IMG/VR virus record: IMGVR_UViG_3300025986_000001
Location: 32,001-96,000 of that record
Direction: 5' to 3' (one strand)
DNA length: 64,000 nucleotides
Origin: a virus
Taxonomy: Duplodnaviria; Caudoviricetes
Shown here: positions 28,818-37,244 of the stretch, piece after piece
How the letters are laid out: every line of letters starts with the position of its first letter
Numbering within the stretch: the first letter of the stretch is position 1
Notes under the pieces: generated by a model
The model's database searches: none
The model's input: the letters and a program-made list of their open reading frames with translations, nothing else
Told to the model about the DNA's origin: nothing
Position numbers and translations under genes: made by a program

Positions 28818-29225
28818 TCACCAGTCGCGGCGGATCCGGATCGTGCAGTTGTCGAGCACCACACCGGCCCAGTCGCCGCGCAGGTCGCCCGCGTAGCGTG
28901 TCCAGTCGACGTAGTCGCCGACGTTGTCCGGCCCGATGCCGTGCTCCTGCTCGGCCTCGTAGCGGACGAACCGCTCGAAGTTGTCCTCGGCCACGAAGGT
29001 CAGACTGTCGTCGCAGCAGTCGAACCCCCGGTTCACATCGGCGACGAACGCGCGCAGCAGGCGCAGCTCCAGTGCCAGGTCGGCCTCCAGGTCACGGCCG
29101 TCGGCCTCGTACTCGTCGCGCCGCTCCAGCAGTTCGTCGATGCGCTCCAGCAGTTCGTCGATCTTCAGACGCCCCGTGTCCTCGTCGGCGTAGCTGTCGA
29201 GGTCGACCGTCGTCGTCATCGGCAT
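28818..29225 (-). CDS. Acidic ArdA-like putative antirestriction/DNA-mimic protein
   Basis: EDNFERFVRYEAEQ...YVDWTRYAGDL resembles the ArdA C-terminal motif. Confidence 0.55.
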   Translation of the reverse strand: MPMTTTVDLDSYADEDTGRLKIDELLERIDELLERRDEYEADGRDLEADLALELRLLRAFVADVNRGFDCCDDSLTFVAEDNFERFVRYEAEQEHGIGPDNVGDYVDWTRYAGDLRGDWAGVVLDNCTIRIRRDW

Positions 29226-29238
29226 GGTCTTGACTCCG

Positions 29239-29308
29239 TTCCCCGTACGCACCGTGCGCCGGTGGCCGGCCGCCGGGGCGAACCCGGCGGCCACCATCAC
29301 ACTCACGG
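29239..29308 (-). ncRNA. Intergenic structured element, copy 8
   Basis: Consensus match. Confidence 0.9.
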
Positions 29309-29311
29309 AAC

Positions 29312-29470
29312 TCAGTACTCCAGCTCGGCCAGCACGGCGCCGTCGGCCAGGATCTGACGGGTGCATTCCTCGCAGGTCACCTTGCTGGTATCCCGGCTGG
29401 ACGGACCAGCCTGGGCGCACCAGTTCCCGTGGTCCTCGGGCCGCTTGAAGTGCACATCGGCTGCGCTCAC
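29312..29470 (-). CDS. 52-aa His/Cys protein, not in ORF track
   Basis: VSAADVHFKR...KVTCEECTRQ; stop abuts repeat. Confidence 0.55.
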   Translation of the reverse strand: MSAADVHFKRPEDHGNWCAQAGPSSRDTSKVTCEECTRQILADGAVLAELEY

Positions 29471-29649
29471 CCGATCGCCACCGCCTCACTCTCGTCGGTG
29501 CCTTCGACGGCGAAGACATACCCGCCGCCGCTGGCGTCACTGTCCGCGCCGTTGATGTTGCCACTTTCGAAGCTGCGCCGGATCTCGTCCAGCGCGCACT
29601 CCAGGTCCAGTATCGTGCGGCCCTCGATCCGTACCCGCATGTTCAGCAT
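29467..29649 (-). CDS. Small hypothetical protein
   Basis: After repeat, AGGAG RBS. Confidence 0.65.
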   Translation of the reverse strand: MLNMRVRIEGRTILDLECALDEIRRSFESGNINGADSDASGGGYVFAVEGTDESEAVAIG

Positions 29650-29662
29650 GATCTTCTCCTGG

Positions 29663-29730
29663 TTCCCAGCGCCTCGTGCGCCGGCGGCAGCTCGCCCGAC
29701 CGTAGCCGGGCAAGCACCGTCGGCGCACGA
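29663..29730 (-). ncRNA. Intergenic structured element, copy 9 (cUACGg loop)
   Basis: tcgtgcgcc/ggcgcacga outer stem. Confidence 0.85.
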
Positions 29731-29731
29731 C

Positions 29732-30124
29732 TCAGGCCCGAACCCAGACCAGGTCGTCGCCGAAGTCGAGTCGGCGGTAGTCCGCCTTCAGGCTGTCCGC
29801 GAACTTGTCCCACTTGACGAACGGAACCAGGAAGTTGATGTCGGCCAGCGCCGCCTCCTCGGCGTATTCACGGGCGTAGTCCTCGAACTGCTCGTCCGGC
29901 ACGATCGTGGCCGTGTCGAAGTCGGCGCCGGTGGCCTGCTCGACCTCGGCGCGGAACGCGATCAGCTCGTCATACTCCTGAACGTCCTCGTCGAACGGTT
30001 CGTCACCGTCCTGCTGGGCTTCCCGGATCGTTTTCTTCAGGTACTCGATCCGCTCGTTGACGTCGGCCGGGAAGATCCCGGTCTGGCCGGTGGTGGTGAA
30101 GTCGTCGGCGGCGATGTACGCCAT
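29732..30124 (-). CDS. Acidic ArdA-like putative antirestriction protein, paralog of 28818..29225
   Basis: DEQFEDYAREYAEE...FVKWDKFADSL. Confidence 0.55.
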   Translation of the reverse strand: MAYIAADDFTTTGQTGIFPADVNERIEYLKKTIREAQQDGDEPFDEDVQEYDELIAFRAEVEQATGADFDTATIVPDEQFEDYAREYAEEAALADINFLVPFVKWDKFADSLKADYRRLDFGDDLVWVRA

Positions 30125-30224
30125 GATGATCTCGCTTTCAGGTGGGGTTGTTGCCCTGCTCAAGGCAACGTATCAGTCAGGTACGACAGCCTGGCACGCC
30201 GGGCTAGACACTATCGGGGCGGGC

Positions 30225-30434
30225 TTAGTTGCTCCAGGCCCGTTCGTAGCCGAACAGCTTGGCAACGCGGTCGGCCTGAGCAACGAGAATCTCGTGGAAC
30301 TGCTCATCGGTCAGGCCGAGTTCCTCGGCAACGCGGCCGTCCTGCTCCGACCAGTAGCCGAGCACGTTGCCCAAGCCGTGCATGAGCATCTCCTGCGCTT
30401 TCTGTTTCGCCTCGACCTTAGCCATCGAGGCCAC
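30225..30434 (-). CDS. Small hypothetical protein
   Basis: In operon. Confidence 0.6.
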   Translation of the reverse strand: MASMAKVEAKQKAQEMLMHGLGNVLGYWSEQDGRVAEELGLTDEQFHEILVAQADRVAKLFGYERAWSN

Positions 30435-30804
30435 CCAGAAGCTCTCGGAGGGCGGCAGTGTTTTCCTGGCACTGGTCGAACAGATCCGGCAGCACCGCAG
30501 TGGCTAGGTAGCGAGCCTCAGTGTCCGGCTCATTCAGACCTGACTCGACCGCCCATAGCTCGGTTGTGGCGTTGCTTTGGTTGTTGCCCACGGTCATCCG
30601 CAGGCCGATGTAACGCCAGTCGCGCGCCTCGAACCCGGCGATGTCCGCCGGCCCGTAGCAGTCGAAATCCCCCGGGACGGTTACGTGGTCGGGCAGCACT
30701 TCCAGGCCGATCGCGACGTTACCCACCTGCGCGGTGAGCACCCGATGCCCGTCGACCACACCCCTGGCCAACTGGCTGAGTGCAGCCCCCAGTTTTTCAT
30801 TCAC
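30418..30804 (-). CDS. Hypothetical protein
   Basis: After repeat, GTG start. Confidence 0.65.
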   Translation of the reverse strand: MNEKLGAALSQLARGVVDGHRVLTAQVGNVAIGLEVLPDHVTVPGDFDCYGPADIAGFEARDWRYIGLRMTVGNNQSNATTELWAVESGLNEPDTEARYLATAVLPDLFDQCQENTAALRELLGGLDG

Positions 30805-30818
30805 GATGATCTCCCTAT

Positions 30819-30885
30819 TCTCCGTGCGCACCGTGCGCCGGTGGCGTCCCGCCGGGCGTACCCGGCGAGCACCATCACGCTCACG
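30819..30885 (-). ncRNA. Intergenic structured element, copy 10 (UACG loop)
   Basis: Consensus match. Confidence 0.9.
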
Positions 30886-31141
30886 ACCTGCGCAGAGGTT
30901 CGATAAGCATCTGTCGCTCGTCGAACGACAGGACGCCGTCGCCGTGGTGCTTCTCCTGCATGTGCTGCACCCACCGGTAAATCAAGGCGTCGTGGGCCTC
31001 GGCCGATCCGTCGCGGCTGCGCTCCAGTTCCTGATGCTCCGAACACAGCAGGATCCAGATGTCCTGTCGGCTGTCGTAGTCCAGACAGCCGATCACATCA
31101 TCGTCCTCGACCTCTTCGGTCGGGTCGTACTCGATACCCAT
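30881..31141 (-). CDS. Hypothetical protein
   Basis: Single-gene unit between repeats. Confidence 0.7.
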   Translation of the reverse strand: MGIEYDPTEEVEDDDVIGCLDYDSRQDIWILLCSEHQELERSRDGSAEAHDALIYRWVQHMQEKHHGDGVLSFDERQMLIEPLRRS

Positions 31142-31151
31142 TGCCTGTCCC

Positions 31152-31221
31152 TCTCCCCGTGCGCACCGTGCGCCGGTGGCGTCCCGCCGGGCGTACCCGG
31201 CGAGCACCATCACGCCCACGG
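31152..31221 (-). ncRNA. Intergenic structured element, copy 11
   Basis: Near-identical to copy 10. Confidence 0.9.
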
Positions 31222-31223
31222 TC

Positions 31224-31520
31224 TCAGTACTGCTCGCCTATCTGCTCCAAGGCGGCCGTCAGCTTCAGCACCAGCCAGTCTCCCTCGACGTCGGCCGGGA
31301 CGACCTGAACCAGCAGCCGTACCGCTTCGCTCAGCTCGTCCCAGCGGGGGATCTGGGTGCTCACACCAGGCCCAGCGCTCCAGATGGCGCGCTTGCCTCG
31401 CAGCACCTGCCACAGGACGGTGTCACCGTCCGATCCGCTGCGGTGACCGTAGCGGATCCCGTCCGCCGTGGGGAATCGTCGCCGGACCAGCGCGGCAAGC
31501 TTGCTTGCCGCCGACATCAT
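31224..31520 (-). CDS. Hypothetical protein
   Basis: Coupled. Confidence 0.6.
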   Translation of the reverse strand: MMSAASKLAALVRRRFPTADGIRYGHRSGSDGDTVLWQVLRGKRAIWSAGPGVSTQIPRWDELSEAVRLLVQVVPADVEGDWLVLKLTAALEQIGEQY

Positions 31521-31969
31521 GCGTTCACCCACTCGCGCTTGCGGCAGAAGTCCCCGCAGTCCTCGTGACCCTGCGGGTCGTCCGGGTTGCAGCCGGCCCC
31601 CCACAGGGCGTGCCGAGTCTGGGCGCGCTCGAAGATTTCCCGCGCCTCGCCGACACTGCCGACCTTGCTGACCGAGACCTGCCCGGTGCTGGCTGTCCAG
31701 ACCAGGTAGTTACCCGCCGGGACGATCACCTCGCGCTCGTCGGCCTCGTCGGTCTGCCCGAGCCCGAAGACCTCGTCGGCGTAGACGATCACCACCGTAA
31801 GGTGGCCCTCGAAGTCGGTGTCACCGCACGAGTCCTCCGTTTGGTCGAGACTCCACGTGTACAGCGCCTCGTCGACGCAGCTGCCGAACTTGCCCAGGTG
31901 CCCCGGGCATTCGTACGGTTGCTCGTCGTCGCCGCGCTGCACGAACCGGCTGTTGCACTTCGGCAACAT
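31517..31969 (-). CDS. Acidic Cys-containing protein
   Basis: After repeat. Confidence 0.7.
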   Translation of the reverse strand: MLPKCNSRFVQRGDDEQPYECPGHLGKFGSCVDEALYTWSLDQTEDSCGDTDFEGHLTVVIVYADEVFGLGQTDEADEREVIVPAGNYLVWTASTGQVSVSKVGSVGEAREIFERAQTRHALWGAGCNPDDPQGHEDCGDFCRKREWVNA

Positions 31970-31982
31970 GATCACTCCTACT

Positions 31983-32050
31983 TCTCCGTACGCACCGTGC
32001 GCCGGTGGCGTGGACGCCGGGCCGATCGGCCCGGCGTCCCACCATCAGCC
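31983..32050 (-). ncRNA. Intergenic structured element, copy 12
   Basis: Consensus match. Confidence 0.85.
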
Positions 32051-32302
32051 CGCGGCGAGCAGGTCCCGCGCGAAGTCGGCGAACTCCTCGAAGTAGCGCT
32101 CCACCTCGACCAGACCCGCATAGTGCCCGTGGTCCCAGGCCAGGCTGTACACCCTGCCCAGCTGCTCGGTCGTCAGACCGTCACCGTAGGTCTCGTACAG
32201 CCACTGTGACCACTGGTCGTAGACGTTCGCCGTACTTACCATCTCACCACCGCCGCGCAGCAGCGCGCTGGCGCGGTCGCTGGTCATCTCCTCGGCGCTC
32301 AC
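32045..32302 (-). CDS. Hypothetical protein
   Basis: VYSLAWDHGHYAG motif; stop inside repeat. Confidence 0.7.
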   Translation of the reverse strand: MSAEEMTSDRASALLRGGGEMVSTANVYDQWSQWLYETYGDGLTTEQLGRVYSLAWDHGHYAGLVEVERYFEEFADFARDLLAAG

Positions 32303-32775
32303 GATGCCCTCCGCTCGTGCTTGCGGCAGCTGCCGTCACAGAACACCGTCTCGCTCATGTGCGCGCCGTCCAGCGACTCATGCCCCTCGCATTCCAGCTC
32401 CTCGGCCGCCCACTCCTCGGCTGCCCGCTCCTGCGCCGCCTCGGCCACCTTCTTGAGCTTGGCGGCGAACTGCCGCCTGGTCATCGGCGAGACGTTGGTG
32501 GTCAGGCCGATGCGCAGCTTGGCCTCCTCCAGCGTGTACGGCCGGTCGACGATCTCGCCCTCCCGCATCTGCTGCATCATCGTGCCGCCGCGTGCCGGTG
32601 CGATCTCGGCGGTCCGGCGGACGAACTCGGCGGCATCGTCCTCGCCGAGGATGCCGCGCATGCCGACATCCATCAGGCTGAAGATGATGCACTGGGTCAC
32701 CCGGTAGCCGTTCGGGTCCTCGCCGAGGATGAAGTCCTTCTCGGCGCACTTGGAGGCGTTCCAGTTCAGACTCAT
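32299..32775 (-). CDS. Hypothetical protein
   Basis: MSLNWNA start after repeat. Confidence 0.7.
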   Translation of the reverse strand: MSLNWNASKCAEKDFILGEDPNGYRVTQCIIFSLMDVGMRGILGEDDAAEFVRRTAEIAPARGGTMMQQMREGEIVDRPYTLEEAKLRIGLTTNVSPMTRRQFAAKLKKVAEAAQERAAEEWAAEELECEGHESLDGAHMSETVFCDGSCRKHERRAS

Positions 32776-32790
32776 GATCTCTTCTCTCGT

Positions 32791-32863
32791 CTTCCGTCGC
32801 GTCGTTCGCGCGGCGGTGGCGACGACGCCGGCCATCGGCCGGTGTCGCACCATCACCCGTGCG
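32791..32863 (-). ncRNA. Intergenic structured element, copy 13 (diverged)
   Basis: ggtggc..hairpin..caccatcac. Confidence 0.75.
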
Positions 32864-32864
32864 A

Positions 32865-33150
32865 TCAGTTCCAGCTCTCGTCCTCGATGTCCATCGTGAC
32901 CACCCCGCTGCACCCCTGGCACTCGTACCGCTCGTGTTCGAAGTCGGTCTGTCCCTCGCTCCACGGCGCGTACACGATCCGGCCGTCCTCGATCGTGAAG
33001 TTTTCGCAGGTGTTCCAGCGGATCGCGATGTCCACCTCGCGGAACTGGCCGATCGTGCCGCAATGCGGGCACCGGATCTGCCATTGCGGGGGTGTCATAG
33101 TCGTCGCTGTCGGCCGTCAACTCAATGATCACTGGCAGAGGGTTGTTCAT
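32865..33150 (-). pseudogene. Zinc-ribbon protein, apparently frameshifted near 33090
   Basis: ATG 33150 (MNNPLP) is out of frame with the CPHC...CQGC ORF 32865..33098; C-run at the junction. Confidence 0.5.
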
Positions 33151-33165
33151 GATCTCGTTCCTTGC

Positions 33166-33233
33166 CTCCGTCGCACCATGCGCCGGTGGCGACCCGCCCG
33201 ACCAGCGCCGGGCGAGCACCATCACGCTCACGG
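33166..33233 (-). ncRNA. Intergenic structured element, copy 14
   Basis: Consensus match. Confidence 0.9.
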
Positions 33234-33267
33234 TTTCAGTTGTTGAATGCGGCCGTCATCTCGGCCC

Positions 33268-33702
33268 TCATGCGTCCACCCACCGGCCGTCAGCGTCGCG
33301 GTACTGAACACCGATGGCCCGGTACATCCCGAAGTCGTCCAGCGGCGCCGTGGCCCACTCGCCGCTCGGGTCGATCAGCCGGCCCTCGAACGTCACCGCG
33401 TAGTCCTCGTGGCCCTCGGGGACTGCGCCGTTGCGGTTGTCGTTGACCTCGTCCAGGTCGCCCTCGTCGACCAGCCGGAACGGCACACCCTCACCAGCCT
33501 GCAGGCGGGCCTTGATCTCGTCCGGCACGCTGCTCGGCCCGATCGTGCCGACCTCGCTGGCATCGTCGTTCAGCGTTTCCTCGCCCGCCGCCCGATGCGC
33601 CTCGTTGATCTCGTAGTTGCGGTCCCGGGTGATGATCCACCCGTACGGCTCGGTCAGCGACCGTTCGTGCCGCTCCTGCTCGATCATCCATATCGCCACC
33701 AT
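33268..33702 (-). CDS. Acidic hypothetical protein
   Basis: AGGAGG RBS after repeat. Confidence 0.75.
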   Translation of the reverse strand: MVAIWMIEQERHERSLTEPYGWIITRDRNYEINEAHRAAGEETLNDDASEVGTIGPSSVPDEIKARLQAGEGVPFRLVDEGDLDEVNDNRNGAVPEGHEDYAVTFEGRLIDPSGEWATAPLDDFGMYRAIGVQYRDADGRWVDA

Positions 33703-33718
33703 GGTCTTGCCTCCTGTC

Positions 33719-33789
33719 CTCCGGTCACGCGCCGTGCGCCGGTGGCCAGCCGCCGGGGGCGAACCCGGCGGCCACCATCACGCTCACGG
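33719..33789 (-). ncRNA. Intergenic structured element, copy 15
   Basis: Consensus match. Confidence 0.9.
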
Positions 33790-33796
33790 CGATTGC

Positions 33797-34345
33797 TCAG
33801 CTGCTCAGCGTCACGACAACGTCGTACTTGAATTCGACATCGCGCCCCGTTTCCAGGTCGATGATGACGATCGGGTGGCGCGGGTACTCGTTGCCGCGCT
33901 GATCCATGATGTCGAACTGCACGCTGGCCGCCGCATCCTCGCGGGTGTCCACCACGTGGATCCAGCGGTAGGTCTCATCCCCGCTGACCACCACGTACCG
34001 GCCGACCGGCGTGGCCGAGTACAGCAGCTCGTAGTCGTCCTCGCGCGGATAGTCAGGCCCGGAAACGATCTTGTGGGCCGCCATGACATTGGCCAGGCGC
34101 AGCCGCCGAGGCCCGGAAACGATCTTGTGGGCCGCCATGACATTGGCCAGGCGCAGCCGCCGAGGCTCGGCCAGCGCCAGCAGCACCTCATCGGTCAACT
34201 GGTCCTCGTCCGGTAGGTCGATGTCGCGGGTCAGCGGCACCCGGGCTCCGCCGGTGGTCTCCGCGACACGGCAGCCGCCGCGCCAGTGGGGCTCCAACTC
34301 GAACGTCCGGCCTGCAACCTCCCGGACGATGTTCAATGCGGTCAT
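33797..34345 (-). CDS. Hypothetical protein with 18-aa tandem duplication
   Basis: PRRLRLANVMAAHKIVSG twice. Confidence 0.7.
   Translation of the reverse strand: MTALNIVREVAGRTFELEPHWRGGCRVAETTGGARVPLTRDIDLPDEDQLTDEVLLALAEPRRLRLANVMAAHKIVSGPRRLRLANVMAAHKIVSGPDYPREDDYELLYSATPVGRYVVVSGDETYRWIHVVDTREDAAASVQFDIMDQRGNEYPRHPIVIIDLETGRDVEFKYDVVVTLSS
34055..34166. repeat. Exact 54-bp tandem duplication
   Basis: Units start at 34055 and 34109. Confidence 0.95.
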
Positions 34346-34365
34346 CTTGTTCAGCTCCCTCTCTC

Positions 34366-34434
34366 GTCCCGCGCACCGTGCGCCGGTGGCCAGCGGCCGG
34401 AACTCACGCCCCGGCCGGACCATCACACCCACGG
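34366..34434 (-). ncRNA. Intergenic structured element, copy 16 (GUGA loop, two G-U pairs)
   Basis: Minus strand ccggggc-gtga-gttccgg. Confidence 0.9.
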
Positions 34435-34472
34435 TCAGCAGCCTAGCGGCTGGCTGTGACAACCCCCGCTGG

Positions 34473-34790
34473 TCAGATACGCAGATCCTCGTAGTTGCCG
34501 CAGCTGACGCCCTGGCCCGGCTCGGCCGGCTCGTAGATACTCAGCCAGGCGTCCGTCGTGGCCTCCTTCAGCTCGTACAGCCACTTCTTGACGGACTCGG
34601 CATCGTCGTAGTCGGGCTCGGGGTTCTGCTCGATCCACTGGGCGTCGATGTAATTGATGCTCTCGATCAGCGGCCACAGATAGCGGGCCGCAGCCGCGCA
34701 CGCCTGCTCGGCCGAGTCGGCCAGCCAGACACCGGGCTCTGCCCCGCTGTCGCTGTTCCACTCGACGATCGCGATAACCGGCTTGCTCAT
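34473..34790 (-). CDS. Acidic hypothetical protein
   Basis: GAGGAG RBS. Confidence 0.75.
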   Translation of the reverse strand: MSKPVIAIVEWNSDSGAEPGVWLADSAEQACAAAARYLWPLIESINYIDAQWIEQNPEPDYDDAESVKKWLYELKEATTDAWLSIYEPAEPGQGVSCGNYEDLRI

Positions 34791-34804
34791 GTCGATCTCC
34801 TCGT

Positions 34805-34874
34805 TCTCCGTACGCACCGTGCGCCGGTGGCGTCCCGCCCGGCCAGCGCCGGGCGAGCACCATCATGCCCACGG
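34805..34874 (-). ncRNA. Intergenic structured element, copy 17
   Basis: Consensus match. Confidence 0.9.
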
Positions 34875-35183
34875 TCAGATCAGGTCGCGAACGTGCGCCA
34901 TAGCCAGCCGGAACGGCTCGTCATCCTCGTCGTGACTGAAACCGGCATTGGGTTTCAGCAGCGCGCGGAAGATGTCGTGATGCACATCCTCGGGCTCGCC
35001 GTCGCCGTCGCCATGCATCATGATCACGTGTCCGGCGGCGTCCGTCCGTCCGGCGATCACGAACACTGCGGCGATGCTCTCGATCTCCTCGCAGGTCATT
35101 GCCGAGAAGGCGTTGCCCACCCTGATGGCCATCAGGGTGTCGGCCATGCCATCCACGGCCGACGCCAGCTGTGCTGAACTCAT
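34875..35183 (-). CDS. Hypothetical protein
   Basis: Single-gene unit. Confidence 0.75.
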   Translation of the reverse strand: MSSAQLASAVDGMADTLMAIRVGNAFSAMTCEEIESIAAVFVIAGRTDAAGHVIMMHGDGDGEPEDVHHDIFRALLKPNAGFSHDEDDEPFRLAMAHVRDLI

Positions 35184-35198
35184 ATGTATCCCTCTCTG

Positions 35199-35272
35199 TT
35201 CCCCGAACGCACCATGCGCCGGTGGCGAGCGACGCCGACCATCGACCGGCGTCGCCACCATCACGCGCAGGG
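35199..35272 (-). ncRNA. Intergenic structured element, copy 18
   Basis: Consensus match. Confidence 0.85.
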
Positions 35273-35276
35273 GGGG

Positions 35277-35540
35277 TCAGGTCAGGCCCGGCTCACGCGG
35301 GGCCACGGTGAACCCGCCCTCGTCCAACTTGTCGCCCAGGTCCCCGCAGTCGCTGTTTTTCCGCAACTCGTTACGGACCTTCTCCCATTCGACAATGGCG
35401 ATCTCCGGCACTCGCCATGCCGACACGTCGCCGCCGCCGTGCAGCGCCGCCAGTCCCAGCGACGCGGCTGCCTCGGTGTTCGGGCACGCCACCAGCAGCG
35501 CGGATTCGTTGTCGCTCAACAGCACGTAGACATTTCCCAT
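35277..35540 (-). CDS. Hypothetical protein
   Basis: Single-gene unit. Confidence 0.7.
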   Translation of the reverse strand: MGNVYVLLSDNESALLVACPNTEAAASLGLAALHGGGDVSAWRVPEIAIVEWEKVRNELRKNSDCGDLGDKLDEGGFTVAPREPGLT

Positions 35541-35557
35541 GATCTCTCCCTCACAGA

Positions 35558-35628
35558 TTCCCATCGCGCTCGCACGGCGATGGTGCGGGCACAGGCCTAG
35601 GCCTGTGCCCGCACCATCATCCGGACGC
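35558..35628 (-). ncRNA. Intergenic structured element, copy 19, with a 40-bp perfect palindrome
   Basis: 35579-35618 gatggtgcgggcacaggcct|aggcctgtgcccgcaccatc. Confidence 0.8.
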
Positions 35629-35725
35629 CTTGCCCAGATCTTCACGGGTCAGCCGTTCGACGCCCGGCCCGGCCGTCCAGTGGGTATCCGACCCGACTTG
35701 GAGACGACAACCTCGCGCACACCCA
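35629..35725 (-). pseudogene. Orphan 3' fragment of a paralog of 36120..36425
   Basis: Encodes WTAGPGVERLTREDLG; about 40 nt near-identical to 36131-36171. Confidence 0.7.
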
Positions 35726-36034
35726 CTACGCCTCCGCCCAGAACACGGCGACCCCGCCGACGGTGCGGGCCAGCGCCAGCGCCGCATCGAGGTCGCTGAC
35801 AAAAAGTGCGCACGAGCCGCAGGCCTGAATTCCCTCGTTAGTATTCATCGCCTCCAACGCCCCCGGCACCGGCGAGAACTCGCAGGTGTCGCAGTCGCCG
35901 TGCGGCACCGGCGACGGGAGCAGGGCCGGGCCGTTGAACCAGTCCACCGGCTGTCCGTCAACCTCGACCCACGGGTCGGTGCCGTCCGCGATCAGCGCCT
36001 CGGTCGGGGTGCCGTCATAGATCGTGCGTCGCAT
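35726..36034 (-). CDS. Cys-containing hypothetical protein
   Basis: CDTC...CGSC. Confidence 0.7.
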   Translation of the reverse strand: MRRTIYDGTPTEALIADGTDPWVEVDGQPVDWFNGPALLPSPVPHGDCDTCEFSPVPGALEAMNTNEGIQACGSCALFVSDLDAALALARTVGGVAVFWAEA

Positions 36035-36045
36035 GGGTGATCCTC

Positions 36046-36118
36046 TCTCCGGGCGCACCGTGCGCCGGTGGCGGACGACGCAGGACATCGACCTGCGTCG
36101 TCACCATCATCCGCGCGG
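36046..36118 (-). ncRNA. Intergenic structured element, copy 20
   Basis: Consensus match. Confidence 0.9.
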
Positions 36119-36119
36119 C

Positions 36120-36425
36120 TCAGCCCAGGCCTTCACGGGTCAGCCGTTCGACGCCCGGCCCAGCCGTCCAGCAGGTACCCGGCCCGGCCTGGTGGCTTTC
36201 CCGGATGTACACCACATCGGCGCGCGGGTCGGTCAGGAATCCCCGGGCGATCTCGCGCGCCTTGGCCAGTGCCTTGGCCTGTTCTTCGTCGCCGCCGTCG
36301 GCCGGTGTCGTATCGGCGTAGACATCCATGTCGCCGAACATCCCGCCTTCGGGCAGGTAGCGGCCTTGTTTGTCCACCGGATGAATGTGATAGCCGATCC
36401 GGTACGGCTTACTGACGTAGTTCAT
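36120..36425 (-). CDS. Hypothetical protein
   Basis: MNYVSKPY. Confidence 0.7.
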   Translation of the reverse strand: MNYVSKPYRIGYHIHPVDKQGRYLPEGGMFGDMDVYADTTPADGGDEEQAKALAKAREIARGFLTDPRADVVYIRESHQAGPGTCWTAGPGVERLTREGLG

Positions 36426-36658
36426 CCCGCCGGTTCCTCGTCGCGGTCCTCGCTCAGAATCGCCCGGATCGCCTCCAGGTCCGGGGTGTCCGTGCAGATC
36501 AACTCCCGGATGGCGCGCACCTGTGGCACCGTGACGTTGAGCCACTTCGAGCTTGCTTCGTCACCGGTGATCTTCAGAGTCAGCGCGTGCCGCTCCGGAT
36601 GACCGGCCAGCGCCCGCTGAATCTCGCCTCGGACATAGGTCTCGTGATACTCATCCAT
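36422..36658 (-). CDS. Hypothetical protein
   Basis: After repeat. Confidence 0.7.
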   Translation of the reverse strand: MDEYHETYVRGEIQRALAGHPERHALTLKITGDEASSKWLNVTVPQVRAIRELICTDTPDLEAIRAILSEDRDEEPAG

Positions 36659-36671
36659 GCCGAACTCTCCC

Positions 36672-36744
36672 TTCCCGTACGCACCGTGCGCCGGTGGCGA
36701 GCGGCGCCGGCCATCGACCGGCGTCGCCACCATCATCCGCGCGG
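36672..36744 (-). ncRNA. Intergenic structured element, copy 21
   Basis: Consensus match. Confidence 0.9.
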
Positions 36745-36745
36745 C

Positions 36746-36949
36746 TCAGTCCTCGTCGTCATCCTCGGCGACGGCTGCCCGCCAGAGCGCACAGACCTCT
36801 TCCACGACCTCTTGCTGCCGCAGGCTCAGATCCTCCGTGTGCCCGGCGTAGAGCACCTCCGCAAGGGTGTGTAGCGCGGTCTCGATGCTGGCTCCGCTCA
36901 TCTGTGCAGCGAGCGAGCCTTCGGGGAAGTCCTTGATTACGTAAGCCAT
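36746..36949 (-). CDS. Small acidic protein
   Basis: Single-gene unit. Confidence 0.7.
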   Translation of the reverse strand: MAYVIKDFPEGSLAAQMSGASIETALHTLAEVLYAGHTEDLSLRQQEVVEEVCALWRAAVAEDDDED

Positions 36950-36962
36950 GTCGCCGATCCCT

Positions 36963-37031
36963 TTCCCGAACGCACCGTGCGCCGGTGGCCAGCGGCCGGG
37001 CTCACACCCGGCCGGACCATCATCCGCGCGG
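36963..37031 (-). ncRNA. Intergenic structured element, copy 22 (GUGA loop)
   Basis: Consensus match. Confidence 0.9.
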
Positions 37032-37214
37032 TGTCCAGGCGGCAGGCGCGAACCTACCGCGAGACAGCCAGTCATCCAGGTCGCCGAACGCCTCGATCAC
37101 CTCATCACCGGCGTCCTTCACGTGCGTGATCGCGGTGACATCGGCGATAGCGATCACGTGTTCCAGCTCGGCAAGCGCCGCGCGCAGCCGGGCCAGGGCG
37201 GCATCAGGATCCAT
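37020..37214 (-). CDS. Small protein (MDPDAAL...LDDWLSRGRFAPAAW)
   Basis: Stop inside repeat. Confidence 0.75.
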   Translation of the reverse strand: MDPDAALARLRAALAELEHVIAIADVTAITHVKDAGDEVIEAFGDLDDWLSRGRFAPAAWTPRG

Positions 37215-37244
37215 GATCTTCTCTCTTCCTGCTCGTGCGCCGGA

